64,000 bases of DNA from an uncultured Candidatus Rokubacteria bacterium (GCA_963708025.1 CAVPSB010000013.1:384001-448000), one strand, 5' to 3'; numbered from the stretch's first letter, positions 30,603-40,997 are shown. Program-made: numbers and translations. The notes: generated from the letters alone by a model not told the origin.

Positions 30603-31592
30603 CTACGCCCGGGCCCGCTCCATGAACTGGGGCCGCAGAGCCTGGCTCCAGTCGGGGATGGCGGCGATCTTCTTCTCCTTGAGCAGGCCCTCGGCGGTCT
30701 CCTGGAGGTACGGGCGCAGGTCGGCCGGGAAGCCGGGGTCCACCTCGACGCCGGCGAGCGCCTTGGCGAACGTGTCGCGGCTGATCTTGTAGCCCTTCCC
30801 GGTGTAGAAGCCGTAGATGACGTCGGCCACCTTGGCCGGGTTCTGCTTGAAGTCCCGGCCGGCGTCGAGCCAGGCCCGGAGGTACTCCACCACGACGTCC
30901 GGGTGCTTCTCGACGAACTCGGGGGTGGCGGCCATGAGCACCGGCATCCGGTCGTACTCGTAGAAGTTCACGACGGTGGTCGCGATCCCGTCGGCCTCGG
31001 CGATGGCCACGTAGGGCTCGACGGTGACGAACGCGTCGATGGACTTCGCCGCCGCCGCGGCCACCATCTCGTTCACGTTCAGCTTGATCTCCTGGTAGTC
31101 GCCCTTCTTCAGCCCCGCCCGGGGCGCGATGATGTCCACGAACGTGTTGCCGGTGGAGGAGCCGGCCTGGTTCCCGATCCGCATGCCCCGGAGGTCCGCC
31201 ACCTTCGTCACGCCGAGGTCCTTCCGGGCCATGACCCGCGCCGTCTTCCCGACCTGCTCGATCTGGGCGATGGCCACCAGCTTGCCCTTGTCGTGGCCGA
31301 TGACGAACGACTGGCCGGCGTAGGTCCCGAGGTCCACCTGGCGGGCCACCATCTGCTGCATGGTCAGGTTGCCGGACGGCACCGAGAACTCCTCGGCCTT
31401 CAGTCCCCGCTTCTCCAGGTGGCCCGAGCGGAGGAGGTAGTAGGTGGGCATCCCCCACATGTTGGTCTGGTACCCCTGGCGGATGAGGGGGGCCTGGGCC
31501 CGGGCGCGGCGCGGCGCCAGACCGGCGGCGGCCGCCACCCCGAACCCCGACAGACGGAGCCAGTCGCGTCGCGTCAATGCGCTGGGTGTCAT
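30603..31592 (-). CDS. NMT1/SsuA-type ABC substrate-binding protein, Tat signal
   Basis: TRRDWL signal, VADLRGMRIG..GSS, DAFVTVEPY. Confidence 0.88.
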   Translation of the reverse strand: MTPSALTRRDWLRLSGFGVAAAAGLAPRRARAQAPLIRQGYQTNMWGMPTYYLLRSGHLEKRGLKAEEFSVPSGNLTMQQMVARQVDLGTYAGQSFVIGHDKGKLVAIAQIEQVGKTARVMARKDLGVTKVADLRGMRIGNQAGSSTGNTFVDIIAPRAGLKKGDYQEIKLNVNEMVAAAAAKSIDAFVTVEPYVAIAEADGIATTVVNFYEYDRMPVLMAATPEFVEKHPDVVVEYLRAWLDAGRDFKQNPAKVADVIYGFYTGKGYKISRDTFAKALAGVEVDPGFPADLRPYLQETAEGLLKEKKIAAIPDWSQALRPQFMERARA

Positions 31593-31767
31593 GGTCGTCC
31601 TCCTGCCGCCGCTCGCGACGGCCCAGTCCGCTTCCGGCAGGATTGTATGCCACAAGCGAGCGCGGTGACTACCCTCGTCCGGACCGGGTCCGTCCTCGCT
31701 TCTGTGCTAGATTGGCTTCCGACATGCGCCCCGCCCCGGCTCTCCGGACGCCCCGCGGCCGCCGACG

Positions 31768-32445
31768 ATGACGCGACCGCTGACCGGTGTCCTGGTCGCC
31801 GCGCTCCTGGCGGTGGCGCCGTCGGTCGCCCGGGCCAACGGCGACCCGTCGGGGGGTGGACCGCCGACCGTGTTCGAGCGCTTCGTGCTGTCGGCCTGCT
31901 CCCCTTGCGTGAGGGAGTCATATAACGTCAGCACGCTGCAGACCGCGCCGCTGACCGTGTCGGGCGTCGGGCGGGCGGGGACCGCCGCGGCGACCGGCCG
32001 GCCGGGCGAGATCGCGATCGAGGTGCTCCGGGCCCGACAGCCCGGGCGCGCCGACTGGACGTCGCTCGCCCTCCGGGTGACCCTGTCGGTGATGAGCCGC
32101 CCCGGGGAGACGTACCGGCTCGGCACCGGTCTCCTGGACGCGACCGAGGTGCGGGCGCTCGCGCAGGCCGTGGCGGAGATGGCCAGGCTCGCGACGGCGC
32201 CGACGGCGGAGCCGAATCCCGAGAGCGTCGAGGTCGACTTCCACGGGGGCTCCCTGCGGATCGGCGTGCTGCGGGTCCGCGGCGACGCCGTGGCGTATGT
32301 CCAGACCGGTGACCTGCCCACGCTCATGCAGCGGGCGGTGTGGGAGGTGCCCACCACGCTCTACCTGGCGCTGAAGGACCTGCCGGCCCTTTCGGCGGCG
32401 CTGACCCAGGCAGCGGCCACGATCGAGAGCGTCCGCGGGAAGTAG
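31768..32445 (+). CDS. Hypothetical secreted protein
   Basis: Signal peptide ending ARA, CSPC motif. Confidence 0.65.
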   Translation: MTRPLTGVLVAALLAVAPSVARANGDPSGGGPPTVFERFVLSACSPCVRESYNVSTLQTAPLTVSGVGRAGTAAATGRPGEIAIEVLRARQPGRADWTSLALRVTLSVMSRPGETYRLGTGLLDATEVRALAQAVAEMARLATAPTAEPNPESVEVDFHGGSLRIGVLRVRGDAVAYVQTGDLPTLMQRAVWEVPTTLYLALKDLPALSAALTQAAATIESVRGK

Positions 32446-32588
32446 CGGGGCCGATGAGCGTCGCATCGCGTCGTCCTCGGTCGTCACCGATCCTCGGCGT
32501 ACTCGGAGTACGCCTGCGGTCGGCGACTCCCTGCGTCCTTCGGACGGCCTTCGGCCTTTGGGCGCTGCTCGCTCCTCGGCCCCGCCCG
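32445..32588. repeat. MITE-like hairpin repeat (family C), copy 1, with a 22-nt insert
   Basis: Near-identical to 63731-63856; terminal inverted repeat gcggggccga/tcggccccgc; central gcgtactcggagtacgc palindrome. Confidence 0.9.
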
Positions 32589-32678
32589 CGAGAAACTAAC
32601 TCACCCGCGATTCAGTAGGCCGAGTGCGGGGCCGATCAGCTTCGCCTGGTTTCCTACCCTTCAAAAGGAGACAGCGAC

Positions 32679-33020
32679 ATGAAGATGGCGCTGGTGGTGG
32701 TTGCGGTCCTGGTGGGAGCCCTGTCCCCGACGACGGTGCGGGCGCAGCTCCCCGAGACCCAGGTGGTCGTCGACAACCCGTCGATCCGGGTCACCTCCCT
32801 GACGTTCGTGCCCGGCGGCGCCACCGGCCGCCATCAGGGGATCGAGGCGGAGATCGGGATCGTCATGGACGGTGAGCTGATCGTGGAGAGCCCGACCGGC
32901 CGGCAGAGCCTGAGCCCGGGATCCGTGTACTGGATGCCGGGGCTCACCCCTCACGACGTCCGAAACGAAAGCTCCCGCCCGGCCAGGCTGTACGACATCT
33001 TCCTCAAGCGCTGCGACTGA
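32679..33020 (+). CDS. Secreted cupin-domain protein
   Basis: Signal peptide, PGGATGRH, PHDVRN; RBS aaggag. Confidence 0.85.
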   Translation: MKMALVVVAVLVGALSPTTVRAQLPETQVVVDNPSIRVTSLTFVPGGATGRHQGIEAEIGIVMDGELIVESPTGRQSLSPGSVYWMPGLTPHDVRNESSRPARLYDIFLKRCD

Positions 33021-33023
33021 TCA

Positions 33024-33058
33024 CCGGAGGGGCGCCGGATCGCCCGGCGCCCCTCCGG
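33024..33058. terminator. Perfect 15-bp hairpin between convergent genes (possible bidirectional terminator, no U-tract)
   Basis: ccggaggggcgccgg / ccggcgcccctccgg. Confidence 0.6.
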
Positions 33059-33075
33059 CCCCGCTCGACCTCGCG

Positions 33076-33885
33076 TTACTTCTTCAGCTCGTAGACCTTG
33101 CTCAGATCCGGATTGAGCACGGTCACCGGCAGCCCCGAATCCCTGAGCGCACTCGTCATGGCCATCGGCGTCGCCGCCCCCGGGGGCGGCTGGAGCCGGT
33201 GGTGGTGGGGGATCACGGTCTTCAGGTTGGGGTTGTCGGTCCGCAGGAGCCGCACCATCTGGACGATGTCCTGCGGGTCGCGGTTGGCGGACAGCGGGAG
33301 GATCGCCACGTCGGGCTTGTAGAGGCTGCCCCAGAGCTGCATGTCCATCGTCAGGGCCGTGCTGCCGGCGAAGTAGACGGTCAGCCCGTTCTCGAACTGG
33401 ATCATGAACCCCATGGCCGGGCCGCCGTTCAGCTTGTCGACCGTTCCCGAGCCGTGCACCGCGGCGACGTTGCGGATCGTCAGGCCGTCCAGCTTGAGCC
33501 AGTCACCGGGGTTGCTCCGGTGCACCTGCCCCTCGGGCACCTTGCGCGGCTCGAAGTACACCGACCACATCTCGAAGGGGGTGACGATCTTCGCCCCGGT
33601 CTTGATCGCGATCTCGTCGGTGGAGCCGACCTCGTCGCGATGCCCGTCGGCCACCAGGATGACGTCGACCTTCGGGAAGTCGGCCACCTTCACCGGGCTG
33701 TCCGGGTTCGTGACGAACGGGTTCGTCACGACGACCTTCCCCCCCGGCGACGTGAAGCGGAAGATGGACCAGGAGAGCCATTCCATCTTGACCGGGCCGG
33801 TCTGCGCCGCTCCCGGGGTCGGCCACCCGGCCAGGGTCGCCGCCATCAGCCCACCGATCACCCACCCGAGCAATCCTCTTCTCAT
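33076..33885 (-). CDS. Exported MBL-fold metallo-hydrolase (UPF0173-like) with an altered metal motif
   Basis: MEWLSWSIFRFTSPGGKVV..NPF, AVHGS, VYFAGST, VIPHH. Confidence 0.8.
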   Translation of the reverse strand: MRRGLLGWVIGGLMAATLAGWPTPGAAQTGPVKMEWLSWSIFRFTSPGGKVVVTNPFVTNPDSPVKVADFPKVDVILVADGHRDEVGSTDEIAIKTGAKIVTPFEMWSVYFEPRKVPEGQVHRSNPGDWLKLDGLTIRNVAAVHGSGTVDKLNGGPAMGFMIQFENGLTVYFAGSTALTMDMQLWGSLYKPDVAILPLSANRDPQDIVQMVRLLRTDNPNLKTVIPHHHRLQPPPGAATPMAMTSALRDSGLPVTVLNPDLSKVYELKK

Positions 33886-34056
33886 GATCGTCCTCCAAGC
33901 GTTGACGTGTCGAGCGTGGCGCGGCCCGAATCCGACTTCCCCCGGCCGCGCGCTTCCGATCCGCGCCTGGCGGCGCCGTCGGCGCAGGCCAGGATTGTAA
34001 GCCGGCGCCCGGCAGATTGACCATCCCCCGCCCGATCTGCGCTAGAATCGGGGGCC

Positions 34057-35272
34057 ATGGCGACCCGAATGGCGCGCAACATGCGGCTCCTGGCCCATCA
34101 CGAGCTCAACGGCTTCGGCAACTGCGGCGAGGGCATGGCCATCCAGCTCACCCGGGACGGCCGGCGCGTGCTGTGGCTCGCCCACGAGTCGCCGCCGAAG
34201 AACGTCACCGCGGTGGACGTGACCGAGCCGCGGAAGCCCGCGGTAATCTTCCAGAGCGACTTGCCCCACGGGGAGATGCGGTCCAACTCCCTCGACGTCG
34301 TCGGGGACCTGCTCGTCGTCGCCTACCAGACGAGCCGGCCCGGGCTCACCCCGGCGGGGTTCGAGATCTTCGACGTCGGCGATCCCACCCGCCCGCGGTC
34401 GGTGGCGGTGTTCGACGCCTCGGGACCCGCCTCGCGGGGCGTCCACCACCTGTGGTTCGTGGACGGCCAGTACGTCCACCTGAGCGGCGGCGCCGCCGAC
34501 TTCACCCCGCTCAACCGCAAGGACGACCAGTGCTACCGGATCGTGGACGTCCGCGACCCCGCCCGACCCCAGGAGGTCGGCCGCTGGTGGCTACCCGGCA
34601 CCCGTGATGGCGACTCCGAGCCGCCGCCGGCGCGCCACGCGAAGTTCGACTCGGGCTTTCGCGCCCACAACACCAACGTCTATCCCAAGCGCCCTGACCG
34701 CGCCTGGATCGGCTACCTCGACGGCGGCGCGATCGTGCTGGATATCTCGGACATGGCCCACCCGCGGCTCGTCAGCCGCTGGGACTACCACCCGCCCTTC
34801 CCGGGCTTCACCCACACCCTGCTCCCGCTGCTCGACCGGGGCCTGCTCGTCGTCTCCGACGAGTCGATCGCCGACGGCGCCAGCGACTGGCCGAAGCTCG
34901 TCTGGATCCTCGACGCCCGCGAGGAGACGAACCTGGTTCCGATCAGCACCTGCCCGCTGCCGCCGGTCGAGACCTTCGCCAAGCGCGGCGGCCGCTTCGG
35001 CGCCCACAACCTCCACGAGAACCGGCCGGCGCCGGGGTCGTGGGTGTCGGAGACGGTCATCGTGGGGACCTTCTTCAATGGCGGCGTCCGGGCCTTCGAC
35101 CTGACCGACCCCTTCCGTCCCGAGGAGGCCGCCTTCTACGTGCCGGCCGGCCCCTCGCCGGTCGTCCCGCAGCGCGGTCCAGCTCAACGACGTCTTCGTT
35201 GACGAGCGGCAGGTCGTCTACACCGTCGACCGCTTCACCGGCGGGCTGTACATCCTCGAGCTGAAGCTCTGA
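34057..35272 (+). CDS. LVIVD-repeat protein (frameshift near 35160)
   Basis: Paralog of 13345-14568: LLAHHELNGFG, FGAHNLHEN, NDVFVD..YTVDRF. Confidence 0.85.
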
Positions 35273-35324
35273 GCTGCCTCGGGGGATCTCGGAAGCCCCC
35301 GTTTACCTGGCCGCGCGGGCGGAG

Positions 35325-35486
35325 TCAGCGGCCCGCGAGCTTCGCCTCGGCCTTCTCGAGCCAGGACGCCATGCCCATCTCGCGGTGGTCACGCCAGTCG
35401 CGTCGCGCCGTCGTATCGCAAGGGATCCCATAGCCGTGGAGGAGCCGGGCGAGACCGTTGGGGAGATTGACGTCAAGCAGCCACAT
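35325..35486 (-). pseudogene. DUF5615 PIN-like toxin N-terminus fused to a cyclase-type C-terminal fragment
   Basis: MWLLDVNLP...(33 aa) then HREMGMASWLEKAEAKL; overlaps the DUF433 gene. Confidence 0.65.
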
Positions 35487-35709
35487 CGTGGCGGTCGGTG
35501 ACCTCGGCCGCGAAGCGAAGCACCTCTCCGATGCTCTCGCGGGGAAAGTCCGAGTACTCCCGCACGATGTCCTCATGCGACATGCCCTCGGCCAGGCAGG
35601 CCAGGATGAACGACACCGAAAAGCGCGTGCCTGCGATCGTCACCTTGCCGCCGAGGCGATCTGGATTCGTCACCAGGAAGCGGTATCCGGCGATCAACTT
35701 GTCTTCCAC
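35473..35709 (-). CDS. DUF433 antitoxin
   Basis: NPDRLGGKVTIAGTRFSV..IL..LAEGMSHEDIVREY. Confidence 0.9.
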   Translation of the reverse strand: MEDKLIAGYRFLVTNPDRLGGKVTIAGTRFSVSFILACLAEGMSHEDIVREYSDFPRESIGEVLRFAAEVTDRHDVAA

Positions 35710-35806
35710 GACCCCTCCTGTCTTGCGGTGGCAAGCCGAGATGGGCACCGCGCCATGGAGCGCCCCGGCCGCCTCCACATGGAGATTGAAGCACGGCCGC
35801 CCGGCT

Positions 35807-38800
35807 TCAGGCCAGCGTTCTCGACTCCGCCGCCGCCTGCTCCGACCAGAACCGCATCCCCATCTCGCCGTACATCGTCGTCGCGGTGGTGAGGTGCTCG
35901 CGGGCCTGCTCACGCTTGCCGGTGCTCCGGGAGAGCCGACTCAGCCCGAAGTGGCAGTGGGCGATCAGCGGGCGCATCCCGAGCTCGGTGGCCCGGGCGA
36001 GGGCCCGACCGTAGTGCTCGGCGGCTGACTCCAGGTCGGGGGGATCGGCCTGCGCGGCGATCTCGCCGAGGAGGCGCAGGACCCACGCCTCGTTGCCGCG
36101 CTCCTTCTGGCGGTGCGCGAGGTCGAGGGCGTGCCGGGCGACTGCGAGCGCGTCGTCCCGGCGGCCGGCCAGGAGATGCGCCTCTCCGAGGTAAGCGAGA
36201 AAGAGCGGATGGTTAGCGATGCCCGTCACGGCGGGGTCGGCGAGGGCCTCCTCGATGAGGGCCGCGCCCTCGGGGAGGCGCCCCGACAGCGCGTACGCGT
36301 ACCCGAGATGCGCAGCCGGGACGTCGAAGAGGGCCGGCGCCGGGATGACCCGGCAGAGCTCGACGGAGCGCTCGAGCGGCGAGATGGCCCGCATGAGGTC
36401 GCCACGCCGGACAGAGACGAGCCCCAGGCTCCGGTCGGCGATGACGAGGCTGGGGGAATGGTCGACCTCGCGGGCGATCCGGCCAGCCTCGTCGGTGCGC
36501 GCCATCGCCTCGGCGAACTCGCCCAGCTCCGCGAGGCACCAGGCGAGCCGGTCCTGCGCGAAGACGGATATCAGGGTGCCGGTTTCCAGCCGTTCATACC
36601 GCCGATCGCCCTGAAGCGCCTCCACGGCCCGGCTGAGGCACTCGGCAGCCTGTCGATAGTCGCCAATCGTCTGCCAGACCACGCCGAGGCGCAGGGTCGC
36701 CCATGTCTGGCGAGAGACGTCATCGTGGGCGATGGCGAGGGCGAGGGCCCGCTGGGCCAACTCGAGGGCGCGGTCCGGGTCACCTTCCATCCACGTCTGG
36801 AGCGCGAGCCGGGCCAGGGCCCGCCCCAGCCGGCGTTCGTCGCCCAGCGTCGCGGCGAGGAGCTCGGCCTCGCGGGCAAGCTCGGCACCCTTCGCCCCTG
36901 CGCCAATTGCCCCCAGGGCGCCGCTGGCGTCGAGATGGAGGTCGATGGCCTGCTCCGTCCGCGCGCGACTTTCCGGGAGGTGCCGGATCGCGTCGAGCGC
37001 CTGGTCGAAGCCAGCGGCGGCCTCCCAGTAGGCCGAGCGCGCCATCGCCTTCCCTCCGGCCTGGTGGAGATAGCGGACGGCCTTGTCCCAGGCCTCGCCC
37101 CGAAGCGCGTGGTGAGCCAGCCGCTCGACGTGCTCGGCCAGCCGTGCCGGGTACAGGCCCTCGATCGCCTCGACCGCCCGGGCGTGGAGCGTGCGCCGAC
37201 GCTCATGGACGAGGCTTCCGTAGGCCACCTCGTGGGTGAGCGCGTGCTTGAAGGTGTACTCGGCGTCGGGGAACAGGCTCGTCTCGTAGAGGAACTCGGC
37301 CGCCTGGAGCCGGGCGAGGCCATCGGCGAGCGCATCCGGAAACACCTCGGCGACGGCCGCGAGCACGATCACGGGAACGTCGGTGCCAACGACCGCGGCG
37401 GTCTGGAGGAGGTCCTTGTCCTCCGGCACCAGCCGGTCGATGCGCGCCGCCAGGATGGCCTGCACCGTCGCCGGCACCTGGATCGTGTCCGGGGTCTTCA
37501 CTAGACGGTATGCGCCGCGCTCGCCCGCGAGCACCCCGTCGTCCACCAGGCTCCGCACGCTCTCCTCGAGGAAGAAGGGGTTGCCCTCGGTCCGCGCGAG
37601 GAGGAGCGGCTTCAGCGGCGCGAGGCCGGCGTCGCCTCCGAGGAGGGTCTCCAGCAGCTCGCCGGCACGCTCCGGCGCGAGCGGATCGAGCCGGAGCTGG
37701 CGGTAGTAGGTCTTCCCGCCCCAGTCGTGCCGGTACTCCGGGCGGTAGTTCACGAGGAGCAGGAGCCGGGCGGTCGGCAGGCTCTCGACCAGGCGGTCGA
37801 GCGCGGCTTGCGCCTCCGTGTCGATCCAGTGAAGGTCCTCGACGACGGCCAGGAGCGGCTGGACCTGGCTCTCCCGCAGGAGGAGCCGCTTCAGGGCGTC
37901 GATGGTGCGCTGCCGCCGCTCGGGCGGGGACAGAACCTCCCACCCGCGGTCCTCCACCGGCACGTCGAGGAGCGCGAGGAACGCCGGCAGCGCCGGCTCG
38001 AGGGCGCGGTCGAGCGCCAAGAGCTTGCCGGTGACCTTCTCCCGGATGGCGCGGGGCTCGTCGCGGTCGCCGATCTGGAGGTACCCCTTGAGGAGGTCGA
38101 CCACCGGGAGATACGGCGTGGCCTTGCCATAGGAAACGGAGCCAGCCTGGAGGATCAGCCAGCCGTGGGTCCGGTGGGAATGGGTGACCTCCCAGACGAG
38201 CCGCGACTTCCCGACCCCCGGCTCGCCGACGATGGCCACCACCTGGCCATGCCCGCTCGCCGCGCGGCCGAGCGCCTCGCGGAGCTGCTCGAGCTCCCCG
38301 TCCCGGCCCACGAACCGGGTGAGTCCGCGCGCGGCCGCCGCGGAGAGCCGCGAGCGCCGGGGGCCCGCCCCCAGCAGCTCGAAGGCCTCCACCGGAGCCG
38401 GGAGCCCCTTGACCGGCATCGCGCCGAGCGACTTCACCTCGACGTACCCCTCCGACAGGCGGAGGGTGTCAGCGGTCAGGAGCGTCGTGCCCGGGCTGGC
38501 GAGCTGCTCCATGCGGGCGGCCAGGTGCGTGGTCTGGCCGACGGCCGTGTAGTCCATGTGGAGATCACTCGAGATCGCCCGCACCACCACCTCGCCCGAG
38601 TTGAGGCCCACCCGGACCTCGACGGTCACGCCGTGAGACCGCCGGAGCTCCTCGGTCAGGCGCCGCATTCCGCGCTGCAGGTCCAGCGCCGCGTAGCACG
38701 CCCGCACGGCGTGGTCCTCGTGGGTCACCGGCGCGCCGAAGAGCGCCATGATCCCGTCACCCATGACCTGGTTCACAGTCCCCTCGTAGCGGTGGACGGC

Positions 38801-39163
38801 GTCCATCATGCGCTCGAGGACCGGGTCCAGGAGCTTCCGGGCCTCCTCGGGATCCCGGTCCGAGAGGAGCTCCAGCGAGCCCTTCAGGTCCGCGAACAGC
38901 ACGGTGACCTGCTTGCGCTCGCCTTCGAGGGCGCGCTTCGAGCTCAGGATCTTCTCGGCGAGGCGCTTCGGGATATAGCTGGCGGGAGCTGGCACGGCTG
39001 CGGTCGAGCCTCCGGGCAGAGCCGTGCCGCAGGAGCGACAGAACCGCTTGCCCGGGGAGACGTCGGCTCCGCACTGGGGGCAAGCGAGGGCGAGGCGGGC
39101 GCCGCAGTCCTCGCAGAACCGCGCGTCCACGGCGTTCTCGGCCTGGCACCGGGGACAGTGCAT
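35807..39163 (-). CDS. Double zinc ribbon - adenylate/guanylate cyclase - AAA ATPase - TPR protein
   Basis: CPRC..FCEDCG..CPQCG..FCRSCG, ERKQVTVLFADLKGS, GDGIMALFGAP, GEPGVGKS, VEDLHW, FKHALTHEVAY. Confidence 0.95.
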   Translation of the reverse strand: MHCPRCQAENAVDARFCEDCGARLALACPQCGADVSPGKRFCRSCGTALPGGSTAAVPAPASYIPKRLAEKILSSKRALEGERKQVTVLFADLKGSLELLSDRDPEEARKLLDPVLERMMDAVHRYEGTVNQVMGDGIMALFGAPVTHEDHAVRACYAALDLQRGMRRLTEELRRSHGVTVEVRVGLNSGEVVVRAISSDLHMDYTAVGQTTHLAARMEQLASPGTTLLTADTLRLSEGYVEVKSLGAMPVKGLPAPVEAFELLGAGPRRSRLSAAAARGLTRFVGRDGELEQLREALGRAASGHGQVVAIVGEPGVGKSRLVWEVTHSHRTHGWLILQAGSVSYGKATPYLPVVDLLKGYLQIGDRDEPRAIREKVTGKLLALDRALEPALPAFLALLDVPVEDRGWEVLSPPERRQRTIDALKRLLLRESQVQPLLAVVEDLHWIDTEAQAALDRLVESLPTARLLLLVNYRPEYRHDWGGKTYYRQLRLDPLAPERAGELLETLLGGDAGLAPLKPLLLARTEGNPFFLEESVRSLVDDGVLAGERGAYRLVKTPDTIQVPATVQAILAARIDRLVPEDKDLLQTAAVVGTDVPVIVLAAVAEVFPDALADGLARLQAAEFLYETSLFPDAEYTFKHALTHEVAYGSLVHERRRTLHARAVEAIEGLYPARLAEHVERLAHHALRGEAWDKAVRYLHQAGGKAMARSAYWEAAAGFDQALDAIRHLPESRARTEQAIDLHLDASGALGAIGAGAKGAELAREAELLAATLGDERRLGRALARLALQTWMEGDPDRALELAQRALALAIAHDDVSRQTWATLRLGVVWQTIGDYRQAAECLSRAVEALQGDRRYERLETGTLISVFAQDRLAWCLAELGEFAEAMARTDEAGRIAREVDHSPSLVIADRSLGLVSVRRGDLMRAISPLERSVELCRVIPAPALFDVPAAHLGYAYALSGRLPEGAALIEEALADPAVTGIANHPLFLAYLGEAHLLAGRRDDALAVARHALDLAHRQKERGNEAWVLRLLGEIAAQADPPDLESAAEHYGRALARATELGMRPLIAHCHFGLSRLSRSTGKREQAREHLTTATTMYGEMGMRFWSEQAAAESRTLA

Positions 39164-39249
39164 CCGGGACCTCGGTGCGCTGAGGCTACGCCCCGGGAAA
39201 TGGGGCGTCAAGGCACGCGCGATGGCACACCGCCCGGGCCTGGCTCAAG

Positions 39250-39987
39250 CATGAGATCCCCGTGCGACCTTGCCGAGTGGAGCGACGCCAGCCCGGCTTC
39301 TCGAACTCGACTGGTCGCCCATTGTGGCCCGACCACGCGCGGCTTCTATCTCTGCACCCTCTGCGCGTCGATGTCGCGACCAGCTGGGTCGAGCTCCAAG
39401 CCGTCTGGGGCAAGGGCCAGCTGCGGGTCGGCACCGCCATCCATCACGTCCGCCAGCGCCTGCCCATGCCCTTGCGCGGCCTGGACAGCGACAACGGCTC
39501 CGAGTTCATCAATCACGACCTGTATGCCTGGTGCCAGCGCGAGGGCATCACCTTCACCCGCAGTCGTCCCTACCAGAAGAACGACAGCGCCCACGTCGAG
39601 CAGAAGAACGGCGCCATCGTCCGCCCCCTCATCGGCTATGATCGCTACGCCTCCCGCGCCGCCTATGCCCAGCTCGCCCACGTCTACGAGCTCGCCCGGC
39701 TGCACATCAACTTCTTCCAGCCCGTCCAGAAGCTCGTGACCAAAGCGCGCCGCGGCCCGCGCGTGCATCGCGTGTACGACCGCGCCCAGACCCCGTATCA
39801 GCGCCTGTGTGCCACGGGCGTCCTCCCGCCCCCGCGCCGGCAAGAGCTCGAGGCCGTGTATCAGCGGCTCAACCCGCTGCACCTCCGCCGGCAGCTCGAG
39901 GCCGCCCTGGATCGCCTCTGGCCCTTGGCCGTCCCGGCCCCGCCCGCGCCGGCCGCACCCCGGGAAAACGCCCCGGAAAGGGAATAG
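39250..39987 (+). pseudogene. Integrase-core (rve, DDE) transposase, 5'-truncated and frameshifted
   Basis: LVAHCG, VDVATSW, DSDNGSEFIN, SRPYQKNDSAHVEQKNG, AQTPYQRL. Confidence 0.85.
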
Positions 39988-40162
39988 CCGGATATGGCCT
40001 CGCGCCCAACTCGCGCTCCTACGGGCGCCCAGCGGCCCGCGCGCCTGACCCCGGGCCTGGCAAGCGGCCCCAGGCGCTCCCGGGGCGCGCCGCCCGCCCG
40101 GTCCGCCGGCACTCCCACGGCCTCACGCGCCGCCCTGGGCGGCGCCGCCACCCTGCGGCCCC

Positions 40163-40210
40163 GGGTAACCCTGACTTCTGATCTGACGGATCACGGAGGG
40201 TAACCCTGAC
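40163..40210 (+). repeat. 13-nt direct repeat gggtaaccctgac, probable right end of the transposase element
   Basis: Copies at 40163-40175 and 40198-40210. Confidence 0.55.
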
Positions 40211-40251
40211 CCGCGCGATCCCGGCAGCAGGAGGGGTGCCGGCCGCGAGCT

Positions 40252-40879
40252 TCAGGCCCGGTCGGCCACCGGACGCGGCGCGGCTGCGCCGAAGACGGGG
40301 TTGTCCGTGCGATCGACGAGCGACTCGTCGCCTTCGGTGGGGAGCGGCTCGGCGTGGCTCTGCGCCCCCTCGATGTCGCCCTCCCACACCTCCCGGGGCA
40401 GCTCGTACAGCACCTCGATGCCGTGACCATCGGGGTCGGTGATGTACACGCTGTGGCTCATGCCGTGGTTGACGCGCCGGCGGAAGGGCACGCCGCGGCT
40501 GCGAAGGAAGGCGATCTGGGCGAGCCACGACTCCCGGTCGGGCCAGGCGATGGCCACGTGGTTCAGCCCCGCCCGGCCCGGCGACAGCCTCCACGGCGGC
40601 TCCGCCGGGCCGCCGACGCCGTCGGCCCCGGAGATCTCGGCCAGCGCCACGTCGTGATGGGTCACGCGCCCTTGCGGCGTCGAGTCCGCTGTAGAAGCGC
40701 ATCTTCGGCCGGTGGCCGGCGATGGGCTGGAGCCGGGCGACGCAGCGGAAGCCCATGATCTCGGTCCAGAACCGGTGCGACACCTCGAGGTCCCGCACGT
40801 TGAGGACGACGTGGTTGATGCCGCGTGGCGGCCGGGCCTGCGCCGGCGGTGCGGAAGCGTGCGCGTCGTCGTTCGGCAT
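40252..40879 (-). CDS. VOC/glyoxalase family protein (frameshift near 40675)
   Basis: INHVVLNVRDLEVSHRFW, HHDVAL, LNHVAI, SVYITDPDGHGIEV. Confidence 0.85.
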
Positions 40880-40896
40880 GGTGCCCTCCGTTCGTA

Positions 40897-40975
40897 ACCT
40901 CCCGCCCACCCCCCAACCCCCCTCCGCAATTGTTGGACGGCCTCGGCCGTGGCCGGGGGGGAGGGGGGGTCGGAA
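40897..40975. repeat. Family B repeat with a variant hairpin module
   Basis: acctcccgcccacccccaacccccctcc...gacggcctcggccgtgg...gggggagggggggtcgga. Confidence 0.7.
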
Positions 40976-40997
40976 GGCGATTGCTCCCAGATGCTCT

